From NCBI GenBank assembly GCA_963924565.1, contig OZ004612.1, positions 13,516,001-13,580,000 on the forward strand: 64,000 nucleotides of DNA, in the 5' to 3' direction. Positions 1-12,550 of the stretch are shown piece by piece (positions within the stretch are counted from its first letter, which is position 1; every line of letters begins with the position of its first letter). The DNA comes from Ascidiella aspersa (lineage: Eukaryota). The position numbers were made by a program, and so were the translations under genes. The notes below the pieces were generated by a model, which had not been told where the DNA came from, did no database searches, and saw only the letters and a list, made by a program, of their open reading frames with translations.

Positions 1-1224
1 AAAATTTAAATGCATATTTGGAGTTGAGCAGGTAAACAGGATGTTTTCCACTAGTCGGGTCTTCTCAGTAACTAGTCGGTTCTTCTCAGTAGGCCGAATT
101 ATTTTTTTATGAGCCTAAATCTACTGTGTTAAAATATTTCCAAAATACAGGTTATAGCAACTGAAATACCTATCCGGTCAATGCTGCTACGTATAACAGA
201 TATCGTTTACAGGCCTACTGTAGACATTAAGATGCAGCAGAAAATCATTTTATCGGCAGTTTTCAAGTGGTTTGGTAACGATCGGGGTCTAATACCTAAT
301 TTGATATACGCCCTATTGCATATAGATTTAAGAAGAATTGGCACTTGGTCAAACCCATAATTGTTTCCTTTTTTGCACGAATCCTGCAGGATGCCGTGAC
401 ATCAATGGTGGCATTGTGTTTTACTTTAAACAAGTGGCCGGCAACCATCGGCCCGTAGTTCGGCAAACTTTAGCAAATGTCGACCTGTCGTTTGTACTTT
501 GGCATTTTCCATTATTTTAGGGCTTTTTGCGGTGTTGGCCTATTTGTGTTGTGTCATTTGGTTATTTAAAAACTCGTTGCGGCAAAACAAATTCAAGGTT
601 CTCATTTAACGAAAGTCGTAAAAAATCTTCATAACTGAACCGGTCATCTAAACTTTTAAGTTTTAAATCGGTACGCAATGCAAAAAAACTACCGACCACC
701 GCTTTAAACAATCGTAAGTATATAAGTCGATTACGTTGGCCACATTTCGGCCAATCCTAGGCCTGAGCAAAATAAAATGACTCGAATCTATGAAAATGCC
801 CCGGTCCAACGCTTTGCCATAAAAACGTCGGAGTTTTCTTTCATCTGTGACGTAACGCTGCTTCCACGACTCCCCGGGGAGCGATTCATGAGATAAACGC
901 GAAAGTACCAGACCGCGACAATGGCCGAGTCCCTCGGTTTGAATCCCTTTTCGGAAGATACGAAACTGAATAATGTAATTTAAAAGCGACCATCCATTGG
1001 CACCTCTTGGGAATTCCGGGCAGTTATTAGCTCGGTTCTTTTTCGTGTGCGACGCAACGACCACAAAATAAAAGTCCTGAAACTTGTACTTTAACCGCAT
1101 TTATAAAAAAAAAAACTGTCTCTGCTCTAGTAGGGCTTGATCTACTGCCGCCATTTTTATCGAATCGATTTATTGTATTTGGACAAATTCAAGGTCATAT
1201 ATCAGGTATACCGTAAAACAGTGA

Positions 1225-1589
1225 TCGGCAATTGCCGGTCCGCGGGGGAGCGAGGAGTTCATTACCGGTCCGTAGCAGGATTTCCGAAAGACATTTTGAA
1301 AAAAATCTAACTCCTCGTAACTACAATATATCGAAAACGGGCCATATATAATGTTTATTTGATGTTCAAGCGTGCTCACCCCAAAGTGCAATATAATCAA
1401 ATCATGCAAACAATGTTTATAAAAATGTTGATGTTCAGACAGGAAATTTTAGAAAAAAACGCATGCATTTTAATTATTTTAATTTAAGACAAAAAGTTGT
1501 TCCTTTACTGAGCATTTGTTGTTTTTAAGGCCGGTCCGCAACAAAATTTCAGTTTCAAACCGGTCCGCAGCGTAAAAAAGGTTGCCCTG
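1225..1589. mobile_element. hAT/Charlie-like MITE remnant
   Basis: Four CCGGTCCG motifs (~1234, 1265, 1531, 1560) ending in CCGGTCCGCAGCGTAAAAAAGGTTGCCCTG, typical of Charlie-type 3' ends. The left boundary is unclear. Confidence 0.5.
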
Positions 1590-3871
1590 TCGTAAAAGAC
1601 CATATGGCTTTGATAACTTAATTTTGTTAATAACCCAGTTGCCGCGTGCTGTGGGTATCGTAAGCTCCTGCTCTTAAATAAATAACTGTGAATAAGAATA
1701 AAACTTTACAAGGTAGAAAAATTGTTCACTCGACATCGCTTACGTTTTAGGAATTTTCGAATTCACGGGGAGTTTTGTGAAAACCATGTGCCGTGCCTCT
1801 TGAACACCAAATGCGGTTCCAAGCAAGCCGTTTCACCAATTTGCGTTCTTTTGGTTAATCGCGACTGCACCCTTGAACAAAGGATGACCAAAATTGTCAC
1901 TACGACAGCTCGCGACAATATGTTGCGCAAGTTCACCACCTGTTTTGCAATTTACATCCCATCTTATATACAAACTGTTTAAGTAATCGGACCAAATTCG
2001 AGAAAGTGTAAAACCATAAGCACTGTTAAATTGACCTCTTACGACATAATTTGACCAATTTGTCGTACATATGCACGAACAGGTTACATACAACCCCATT
2101 TTTCCAACTTTATTGACGTAAATGCTTTAGTGCAAAAATTTAGCGAATCTTGTTCTACTTTCTAGGAGTTTAAACCTTTTTATAAGAAAAAGTTTTACCA
2201 AAATGAGATGTGTATCGTAACACATTTCAAAATAAAGAAGATATGCCAAATTATTTTTCAAAAAAGCAGTTCTTCGAGCCAATACTTAATGTCTTTACTA
2301 TATGAAAAGCACATTCCGGGTCGATTGGCCCCATTAAATATTTGTCAACATTTTATGTCAAGTTATACCTCAATTTTTCGTGACGTCATCTTACTTCAAT
2401 GACCTTATTCAAAAATCCGTTAAAGGCCGTTGCTACCAAATCTACAAAAAAAATATAATAAACATTGATAATGGTTTGGTGGTATTTGGTGACTTAGTTA
2501 TGTACCTATAGGCTGAACATCAGAAATGCGTTTCAGTTTCTATGGTAATTACTTGATGACGTGAATACGCCTTTCAAGCTCTAAAATTCTGTTGAGCCTA
2601 CAAAAGGTAAATGCGTAAGTTTAGCGCGGCAGATCGACAGGGAGAAAAAAGAGGGTTCCTCAACACGGGGCCGGGCGACGCGGAAACATGTACACAGTGA
2701 AAGCACAGTATTGAGAAATGAACCCTGACCAAGATCGGTGTTGAGAAACGACGCAAACCTGACAAAAGCCCCATTCGGTATCTTCCAAAGATAGACGAAT
2801 GCGAGCTAACGTTATGTTTGCCGAATGGATGCTTAAGCACTTAAGTAAACTGAATCACCGACACATCTGGGTAAGGGTAAATCCCCTAAGGGCAAATGCC
2901 ATATAAGGCAAAAAAAACTTTTTGCGTGGATAGCGTAATCTTGATTTACGAATCACGTAATTGAGATAAAACTATAACCTTAAGAAATCTGGATGTCCAA
3001 ACCATTACGTTCGCGCGGAGATAAACGCTCGAGTGAAACATAACGTTACAAAATGATAGAAGCGGTTGACACTCTTTGAACACCTAATCAAATTTGCAGG
3101 GACGTAACGTTCTTTTCGAATTCAAATAATATCGTGTTGCGACATTAGCGCATATCGTCCACCTGCCAAATGTCTGACCTGACACGGACAAAATTCAGTC
3201 GCGAGAACGCGATGCGCTTAAACGCGCGTTCGGTTTTGACTGATTTAATTTTATGAGTTTAGAAATGTGACACTGGGGCGCTACGACCTGTTAATTCGGC
3301 AAGTGGATGGGAATTTCCCAGTTCGGGTCATTTCGCAGTCACTTGTGTGACTTTAAAAACGCGCAGTATGAACGGGCGGGCACACATACGCGTGAAATTC
3401 ATATTTTGCCAAAAACAGTGCACCCTTCCTTTGCCAGTTATTCTGTTACGCGTACATAGTGACAAGGTCGCCTAATCGCCATTTTGCCACAAGTCAGGCG
3501 GTATTTCGTTCGCTTCTCCCGGAGTCTTGTGTTACACTTTAACGCGCACTTTGGGACGCTTTTAAAGCATAGTGCGTAAAGTTTACGCCGTAAACGCTTT
3601 GGACGCCCTCGAATTCTCGTCGTGTTTATTCCGTATAAAAACCCGAAAGCGTTATATCAGGCGCTTCAAAAAGGAAACGATACGGGCATACTTTCCCGGT
3701 CAACTGTTGAAAATTAGTTTATCGTATTCCATGTCTTCCATTTTTCCGTTCCACTGGTTTTCGTACCGACAATTTTATTTGTAGAATGCAAAATTCTATT
3801 TACGTATATCTAACAAACAGGGAACGGTAATTAACCTTTCGTAAATGGCGTTTCTGGAAAGTTCTATGCGT

Positions 3872-4720
3872 CAGTGTTTCTTAAACTTACAAGTGATGCA
3901 ACATCAAAATTTGAAATAAAAAGGTAAATTAATTATATTTACATGTTTCTGTTGTCGTGTTTGTAAAGCCGTTAAAAAACCTAACAACATCACTGTTCGT
4001 GAGTACTAGGCCGACTGCAATAAGCTTAAAAAAACTATCACAAGCAAGGTAAATTAAAAAATAAACCGGTTACTAATAAGTTTGTCTTGGGATTTGGAAT
4101 TTGGAATATTTTCTCAAAACGATATGTTAGTTGAGAGGTCGCCTATTTAAAAAAAAAGTCTATAATATTTTCCCGAGCAATCTACAATTTCTTGCAATTA
4201 AAACCAAGGGTCTGTGGGAAGCTTTACAATACCTTTAAATAATTTAAAGTCTTGTCGACAAAATTATTGCTCTCTGTTGTCAAACTATTACGTAGCATAG
4301 TGTCACCAGAAGGCGTCGGGATATAAATGGCTGTTATGTAAAGACAAACACCATGGCAATCAGGAATACGCGCAAAGACGTCAAACTCTTTTCAAAATAA
4401 ATTTTACGAGTACGCACCGAACCGATTTAGATCTGCGTGGCTCTGGGTCAATCACTATATGCGGGGGTTGGTACACAATGTGGGCGACTCGCAGGCGCTC
4501 CAAGTTTGGAACGCACGTGGGCCAAATATGCGTTAAAAAGGAACTCTATTTGCTACTGAAAAGCCTGCCAGCTCTTTTTTGAAAAAACACGATGGCCTAA
4601 AAGCTTCATTTCAAAATGCACGACCAAGAGGGACAACGAACTTTGGTTATGTCGAAGTGTTTTTGCTCGCTGTAACTTAAAAGAAAAATTTTTCCATGTA
4701 CCCCAGTTTAGGAATCCCTG
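3872..4720. mobile_element. Possible old hAT non-autonomous element
   Basis: CAGTGTTTCTTAAACT at 3872 and AGTTTAGGAATCCCTG ending at 4720 form a 13/16 inverted match. No clear TSD. Confidence 0.35.
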
Positions 4721-7700
4721 ATCTACATTTAATAGTTATTTAAAAAAGGTAGCATTTTATTGGGTACACCGTTCTTATATTGCACGAGAATATTTTGGCA
4801 AACCTACGAGCAAAATACTTATTTATACGTGTACAGGCCAACGTCACCGGAACACGTATCAGTATATAGTATTAACGTTAATATGGTCCAATCGATTCCT
4901 GCAAGCCGTCCTTAAGTACCTATAGTGTGGTCATATAGTTTTAAAGTATTTGCAATATCGGAATTCAATAATCACCGCATGACTACTTAATGTCATATTT
5001 GCCTATATAAATATTAAAGCACTGTTCAAAATGTTTCACAATATTTTATTGAAAAAGTGTATAGGCAGAATTTATATTAAAGACCAAAATAAAAAGTTGA
5101 ATAACTAAGCAACAGCATCCGACGTCTTGTATGATCCCACAAACTCTAAAATTCACGAAGATAAAAGGATTTCACTGCCATACGTAATTTCGCCCACTCG
5201 GTTTACTTTACCTCGATGCCGTAATTTTACGACAGAGCATTATGGGATTCGCTGTTCGAATATTTACACATCGGAACTTGTAACGTCATTACGCGACAAA
5301 AAAGGGTTCACACAAACCCTAGATTTTAAGACAAATATTTGAAAACCGTAACAACTAAAGCAAATATATGAAATTCGGTTTACTGAAACTAAACTTACCA
5401 ACTAATAACCCGAGTTAAAAATGAAAAAATCCATTGTAAGTTATTATTATCATTTTAATAGTACGAAATAAAGCATAAAACTTATAGTTCAACATCATTA
5501 AAATGGTTACTGTACGTTATGTACGTAAGAGTGATTTAATAAGTACTCACACATTCGTCGGATAAGGAATTAAATTCCGAGAAATGGTTTGCGTCAGTTA
5601 TGATGCAATTAAGCCTTGGTATCACTAATAAACAAAATTAGAGGGTTAAGGGGGAATAAATCAATAAGGGGAGATCAGTAGGCTATACAGATTGTATAAC
5701 TATATACTCGACTTGCACACCCTTTAAGTCAGTGTTTGTAACAATTAAGTTTTGGGGTTGTGGTTGTTTTACGTTAACTAAAGGGTTACACAAGCATGGC
5801 CTTCGAACATTCAAGTCACTGGTTCAATTGATTTAAAATCCTTAGGCGGAGGAGGCGTGTGTTGAGTGCCACAAGACAATAATATATAATTTAATTGAAC
5901 TTATACTAAGTTTGTTAAGTTGAAAGTTGGAACTATTTTCTTTGATATGACCTCGGTTAAAATATTACAGTGGATCATACCCTAATGGCACCGTTTGATA
6001 AGAATACTTAGCAATGCTACAATAACAGTTTAATTAAAAACTCGTGAAAATAGGTAGGCTACATGCAATGCGAATAATAAAACAAGAAATAGCTATGCGG
6101 GGCGACCTCTCACTGTTTGCATTGCGACAAAACTTTTGGCCCATTTACGTGGTAGTTACGCAAGTATGTCGGAACAAGTAGATTTGTTTTACAATTCTCC
6201 CAAACCTTCTGCTTGAGGTGCGCTTGCCTACGTTTAAACAATACCTATACAATATGTGATATAAGCCTTGGTTTAAACTTAACCTCAGTACAGTATTTGA
6301 CAGTAATCCAATGATTCGATTGTGTAACAAACGTATCCGGTTTCGTTCCACAATATCAAAAGGTCAAAAAAAAAATTTGTGATCGGTATCAGCTAACTTT
6401 ATGTAAAAGATTCAGTGCTAAAAAAAATACTGAGAAAATACGAACTTAATGTAACCACTATATATACTGTATATACAACACCTTGCTTTCCATTGCAAGT
6501 AAACTAACCAAAAACGTTTAAAATATATATTTTACCGCAAAAGGTTAGCATGGAGTTTGCCATCGTAAAAACTCCATTTATGATGTTTTCAATAGGCCTA
6601 CCTGTCGTTTTAGAAACCCTGTCGTAAGAAAAGAGTAGTTTTGATCATTTGTTGTTCCCTCTTTGTAAATATATTATCCAAGTTACAAGGTTCAACAACA
6701 TGTTAAATAACTTAAACAAATGATTAAGCTTATTTACACGTCTTGAACTTTTTCCACTTATCCAGCAGGCCTATCCATGCAAGCGTGAACAACATCCTTT
6801 TTTAGTATTACTAATGTAAATCTAACTTGAATTACCGAATTACGCGTAAAATTAAACTAAACTCTGAAATAAAACTACCTTTAAATTCACTATTAACTAT
6901 TCGAATAAAATTGTAATTTTTCTAAAAAGAATGTGAATCTCTAAAATACGTATAAATTACACTAAAATTGGCACTTGGCACACGCTGTTTAATTCATTTA
7001 TAAGGCTAAAAGAATTTACTAGTTTTCCAATTATGAAGTCTATGACCACTCTTGTATACGACAACGTTAAGCACTAAGCATAGCTGTAACTCTAGTAACC
7101 TGTGAGTTAATATGCGGCGAAAATCTACAAAGAGTATTATTCTATCACAATGAAAAGAGGCACATTTTAGCAGGGTCGTAATACAAATTATGATTTCTTA
7201 GCTTTTAAGATTGCATTAGTCAAGCAACAACAATCTAAGCATTTATACAATTCAGTAAAAAGGAAACTTTATGAGGTAAAACCTGATGGCTAACTGCTTT
7301 TGCAAATGGTAAGCTTGCATGTTATTTTTACTTTCTTGCTTGTTTGTAATCCTTAAGAAGAAGATTTAAAATATAGTGCTAACCTGATGTAAATAAAGAT
7401 ACTATAGTACCAGTAGCAGTATTGTATCTTTCTAACCACAGGAACTATACTTCAAATGCCCGACGATAACTTACAAATATGCAACACTTGAGTTGTTTTT
7501 CTCGGCTGAAAGTATCTTTGGATCAAATCCTTAACGTTCTTTTTATAAAAAATGATTATATCATAGGCTACACTTGATTAAATAACTCACAGACATAACC
7601 CGCGGACCTCTAATTAAAGAATGCATTTTCGGCAAGTTTAGCCAACCAGCAGGTTTACCGGTGTAATGTGGTGGCATTAGTATCCCATGGCCAGAGCATA

Positions 7701-10000
7701 TTATTCCCAGGGCCAGAGCATTGTCAGTATATTCACCTATTTGTTCAAGGCAAAAGGGTTGGAGAATATACCACGATTTATTGCTGCCATCTAAAAATAT
7801 GTTCAACAAAAACTTCGTCTTGAAAAAGGAACCCTGCATCATTGGCAATTGCTGCAACGATGGCGCTACAGAGCAAGGAATAACGTATACGTCTACCAAA
7901 AGGTCAAGCTTCGATAGAAATTGTATAGACTGCAATTAAATCCCTTTCGCGCACTTGCTAGTAAAGCGATTGGAAGGAACAGATTTACGACAGGTGTATG
8001 AATAATTTTTCCGCGTCCTCATGATTTTTAACAAAAAAAAAATAAATAAAGCAACAAATCAAAATTAAACGGTTCTAAACTACTATTGTAAAAGAAAATA
8101 TTTTGATTTCCTTTATTTGATTTTAGGGGTTTACGGTGGTCCTCGATTGCAAAATTCCTTACCGCTGTTGGCATTCGCAAAGAATAAACTAATCCCAGAC
8201 TGCGCTGCCGAACAGAGCCAAACCCCGTAATCCCGATGTTTATAGGCCGCACGTTATCGCGGTTTGCGGATGCTGTAGGATCGATTGTAATGCGATGCCC
8301 GAACGCATTTTCCGGGGTCGGTTGGCCGCTGCGATTCGCTTTGGGGTAAGGGGATTGCCAGACTTTGTCGGATTTACAGGTCATGTTAACATTCCAATCA
8401 ATACAGACCAAAGCTGCAGCACGAAAACGTACAGATTTGTTCGGGGGACGTTTACTGTATATATACCCGTAAACCAAAGAGCTTAATGGCAGTTGCAGAG
8501 TAAACTAACTGGGAAGCGGTTTGGTGGCCTTGACTGGCAATCAAGGAACCAACTGTCAGTTTTATGTATTTTACGTAAAATTTGTCGCTAGAGCGTTAGA
8601 TCTGTATGCTGAGATTTTTTTGAAACTTGCGAAATAAACTTTTTTTTAAATGTCGGTAATTGAAACAACGCAAGGCGCAGATTTATGGGCCGATCTGAAA
8701 AATTTGCACTACAAAGAAGATGATTTGTTTTTTTTTATATAAATTAACTTTTCGCTTTCTCTCCTGCCATATCTTCACTCAATGGTAAAATTTGTAAGCG
8801 ACATGTTAAAGAAATTGTAAATGACAACTAAAATAAACGGGTTATACCTTGGTTTAGCTAACCCGCTTATCTAATATATCCAAACCATTGTAGCTCTAGA
8901 TTTAGAAAGATATTTTCTATTTGTCAGTTTGAGGTTTAAGCGCGAAAACTGCTCGTCTTGGTTTCACCTGACCTCTGTTAATGCAGGCAGAGTCGCGTTT
9001 CAAAATTGCTACTAGTCACAATAGCGTCAGCAAAGCACCGTGTCCGTTTAACCCCGACACTTGACGGATTGCATGTGTTCGTCACGCTTACTCGCCCAAC
9101 AATCCTGTGGGTGCGAATTAGCCGCAAAGCCTCGATCAGGAGAGCACGTGTGGTTTACAAACCAAATCGCGTTACCTAGATATTGTGGGGGTTACTGTTC
9201 GTTTCAGGTGTAAGAACGATGCAAATATTTTTCTCGAAAGTCGTTTACAAAGTGCAATTGCACCTTGAATTTTTGTCATTGAAAGGAAATGCATGCTAAG
9301 AGTATATAAATGTTTTTTTGTTATAAGTTAGCAGCATGGTTCTGGTTTGCAAATTTAAACAAACTACGCAAAAATAGGACGTTGTTGTTTTTTAAAGCTG
9401 TATGTGACACCGCCCTCGACTAATATGAAAATTTTGTCAGTGTAAAAAACCCAGTATTACAAATATCATACTATTTTTTTGGTAAAAATGTTACTGTTCG
9501 CATTTTCGTCACAAAACCACCGGCGTCATATTTTCCTACGTAGCGACGTAACGTTCGTTACGCAATATTTGATCGGTTTCAGTCGAGCTCGCGCAGATTA
9601 GACGCCACTTCCTCGTATCACCGGCACTGCGAAACCAAAGCCACAAAATTTGCGTTAGTAGCACCCAAAGAAAAGTTCCCGCCTATTCTTAGCGCTTCAC
9701 GGGCTTAAAATGGAACTCCTTTTTCTCCCCGACGCCGATTTTCACGCAGCGCACATTTTTACTGCCGTGCCACACGCGCGACATGCCAGATAGAGAGAAA
9801 AAGAGAGTAGCGCCCCTTTTTTCGTCGCTAACGTCTCGCCTTCGGTGAGTTGCGCTGTCTAGGTAAGGCCGGCAAGGTGAACTGGGAGACCAGAAGCTTT
9901 GCTTGGCCCCATTGTTTTGTTTGCGTTGTAAATTGTACTAATTCTATTTGGAGCGACCGAAGTTTGTAGAAAAGCATTAAGAAAAGAAGGCAACCCGCAC

Positions 10001-10103
10001 TGAGTCACCAAAACATGCAGCTAGTCAAAGTTGACACGTGCCAGTGTCGGGTAGAGTCCCTCATGTATAAGAGGGGTGCGTAGCGGAGGCACAGTCATCA
10101 GTC
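10001..10103 (+). promoter_or_regulatory. Core promoter of the 10185 gene: AP-1 site, E-box, TATA box, Initiator
   Basis: TGAGTCA at 10001-10007, CACGTG at 10035-10040, TATAAGAG at 10066-10073 and an Inr-like TCAGTC at 10098-10103, about 30 nt after the TATA box. A (CAA)n-rich leader at 10121-10143 precedes the ATG. Confidence 0.7.
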
Positions 10104-10184
10104 AGTAGTGTCGCATACGGCAACAACAACAAACAACAACAACGAACTTTTATACGTTTCGTTGCAAACGCAAATACGAGAACC

Positions 10185-11051
10185 ATGTTGCTCGACGTTT
10201 TAGTACTGCTTACTTTATATCGATTCGAAAATGACAACAACAGCAGTTGCAGATTGGGGAGAAGGAAATCGCACAGAATGTCGTTAAGGCTTTGTCAAAT
10301 CGTGCTGTTCTTATTAAGCTGCAGGTTGGTTCAGTCGGCAGCCATACCAGAAGACAGCAAGAGTGGCAGCGGCTCAGGCCTTTCGCTTTCGCCGAACGCC
10401 AAGAAAGCAGGAGCGGAAAGCAGCGGTCTGACCTCGACGCCGCAGGGTGAGGCTGCAAGGTCACGGTCCTTGCTGCGCAGAATCGGCTGCGCGTTCGGCA
10501 ATTGCCGGTCGGCGCGGAAACCGCGTAACGTGCAGTTCACCGCCATGGTGGACCCCAGTAACGATGAGGTCACGGTAATAAATAACACCGAAAAAACAGA
10601 GGCGCTGATCGAGAACCCGCAGACCTTCAAGCAGTGGCGCACCTTGTACCCGAATCGTCACCGCCGCATGGCCAGCGTGCACGCGCTATCCGCCAGTCAC
10701 AACTTCTACTGGACCGTGTGGAAGCGCAACGATACCTTCATGTTCGGCCTGCGCAAGAACGGCAGCGACCGTTATTACTTTCTAATGGCGCTCGCCAACA
10801 GGATTGGTCTGTTCCTGAGCAGGCCCAAGCTCGAGCAGGGCATCGACGAGTCATCCCCAGACAACCGTTACTTTAGACTCGAGTCCCACAAAGCGGCCGG
10901 CAAAGGTCTTTTCCGGCACATAGCAAGCGGCAAGTACCTGGGCATCAGTCATCAAAGCGCTGGCGAGAAACTGGTGCTGACCACCAAAACCAAGGCGTTC
11001 GATTGGGAGGTCAAGTACAGGGTGCACCCTACCGCCAGCCAAAGCCAGTAA
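10185..11051 (+). CDS. Intronless secreted or membrane-anchored precursor with a predicted beta-trefoil (IL-1-like/FGF-fold) cytokine-like C-terminal domain, 288 aa
   Basis: Longest ORF in the window, with GC3-rich codons that contrast with the AT-rich flanks, and ACCATG start context. The second in-frame ATG (10278) begins a typical signal peptide, MSLRLCQIVLFLLSCRLVQSA|AIP. Basic sites RSLLRR, RKPR and RHRR; sequons NNT, NDT and NGS. The C-terminal strands (FMFGLRK..YYFL, NRYFRLE, LFRHIASGKYLGIS, KLVL, FDWEV) resemble IL-1 family strands. The CDS is well supported; the fold is inference. Confidence 0.85.
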   Translation: MLLDVLVLLTLYRFENDNNSSCRLGRRKSHRMSLRLCQIVLFLLSCRLVQSAAIPEDSKSGSGSGLSLSPNAKKAGAESSGLTSTPQGEAARSRSLLRRIGCAFGNCRSARKPRNVQFTAMVDPSNDEVTVINNTEKTEALIENPQTFKQWRTLYPNRHRRMASVHALSASHNFYWTVWKRNDTFMFGLRKNGSDRYYFLMALANRIGLFLSRPKLEQGIDESSPDNRYFRLESHKAAGKGLFRHIASGKYLGISHQSAGEKLVLTTKTKAFDWEVKYRVHPTASQSQ

Positions 11052-12550
11052 ATCAGACAGAAGCGACCTCGTTCGTTTCTTGATATCCCGAACGCGGCAA
11101 AGTCGCGCCAGGATTCAAATGGTGCTAGATCGATTGCGATTACCTCAGACCAAAGGTTGTTTTTTTGCTTGCGGTTTATTTCTGTTCGCGCCTTCTTAAC
11201 TTAAAAAGAGTTTTTATTCGAATATTTATTTTTTCTATGCGCACGTTGTGTACAAGCATTTACCCAGTAACACAGAGTACGATGTACCTATACTTACGCT
11301 ATACATATATATATATTTATTTTTTATATTGCCCCGCTGCATTTGTTGTGTTTTTTTTGCGCCGTTTGGCTCCAGCCACCAAAGTAGTGAAGTCGCATAA
11401 CGTGTAAGGCTCGTCAACGGCCTGGCTACTGTCCCTGGGACTCGAATTGAAATCACATGCGGACGTCATCATTCGCGCCTTGCACGTGATGGCTTTTCGC
11501 GCGCCCGCATCTAAAAGCGTTTAGGAGATTTAATTTGGCCCCCGAAAAAACGCGCAAATTAATTTTGGGCGGCCCGCAATGGCACCGAGCAAAGTGCTTA
11601 ATGTTCTGGCCGACCAACAGCCACAGCATTAGCAGCGCACAGCGGTCAGTCGTGACCATTGTTTCCTCTAATAGCCACAATTGCCTGCCATCTGTGTCAC
11701 ACAGCGGACTTTAATTCCATTTGCCAGTTAGCAGCTGGTCCTGGTACCGAACTGATGTTTTTTACAAGTGTTTTTATATATATTTATTCGATTCCGAAGT
11801 TCGTCACCATTGCCGTATTTCCATTTTCCTGCCTGCCATCACTGTGCCTTCACTGGCTGCTCAAAGCGCCGAAATTGCATCGCAAAACACCTGTAGGTCT
11901 TCCGATTTCACTATCCGTTTTTTTTTTGCGCTTTCAACTTTTACGCTTTCCCGCCCTTGCTGTTCTGTATAGCTGTGCCTTTCAATCCTTATTTGTAAGT
12001 GCCTATTATTATTTATTCATTGAATAATCGTTCTGGGTGTTACGTTGCCCCTTCTATCTGCTGTCTATCGTCTAATGCTGCTGCTTTTACACACCTGTGC
12101 ACTTGAGTGTTGTTGTCGTTTATCTGCCAATGTTGTGATGTTTCCTTATTGCTTTTGAAGAGAAATTCATATTTTACGTATTTACGCAGAAAATTGTTCG
12201 CTATTATTTATTATTAAAAGCTTTATGTCTTCAATCAAGTTTCGAACTTTGCGATGTAAACTTATTGTTGTTGAAAATCGAGCTTAGATATTAGGGAAGA
12301 AGATCTACGCAATTTAGCAAAATGCAAAACAACTTTTATTTATAATTTAGATACAAAAGTAGACACATTTCGTACATAAAGAACCTAATATAAATTAGTG
12401 TTTTGCTGTAAGGTAAATAATACCTATTTAAGTGTCAAACGAAACCAAAGTCAAACGAAATCTAATTCAAGAGTACGAACGTGAAATGTTGAAGTGTATA
12501 AAGCCACTTGCAAATCATGTATTTGGCAATAAAAAGTATCACAAATAAAG
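11052..12550 (+). promoter_or_regulatory. Probable long U-rich 3' UTR with AU-rich elements and poly(A) signals
   Basis: Strong T skew on the + strand. ATTTA pentamers near 11224, 11258, 11315, 11528, 11782, 12011 and 12180. Candidate signals ATTAAA near 12213 and AATAAA near 12528 and 12544. The actual 3' end is not determinable. Confidence 0.5.

Noticed and set aside
663-1100. 145-aa - strand ORF
   Set aside because: No recognisable domain, random-like composition, and no supporting splice or promoter context.
7561-8486. ORFs of 124 and 149 aa, and a GGISIP stretch faintly like a non-LTR retroelement
   Set aside because: Similarity is too short, frames contain stops, and there are no RT or endonuclease motifs.
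10210-11042. Several overlapping ORFs in other frames and on the other strand of the trefoil gene
   Set aside because: Shadows of the GC3-rich real CDS.
10185-11051. Assigning an FGF or IL1 gene symbol
   Set aside because: It lacks the FGF C-x-F-x-E core and does not fit the vertebrate IL-1 F-x-S-x-x-x-P signature; orthology cannot be claimed without searches.
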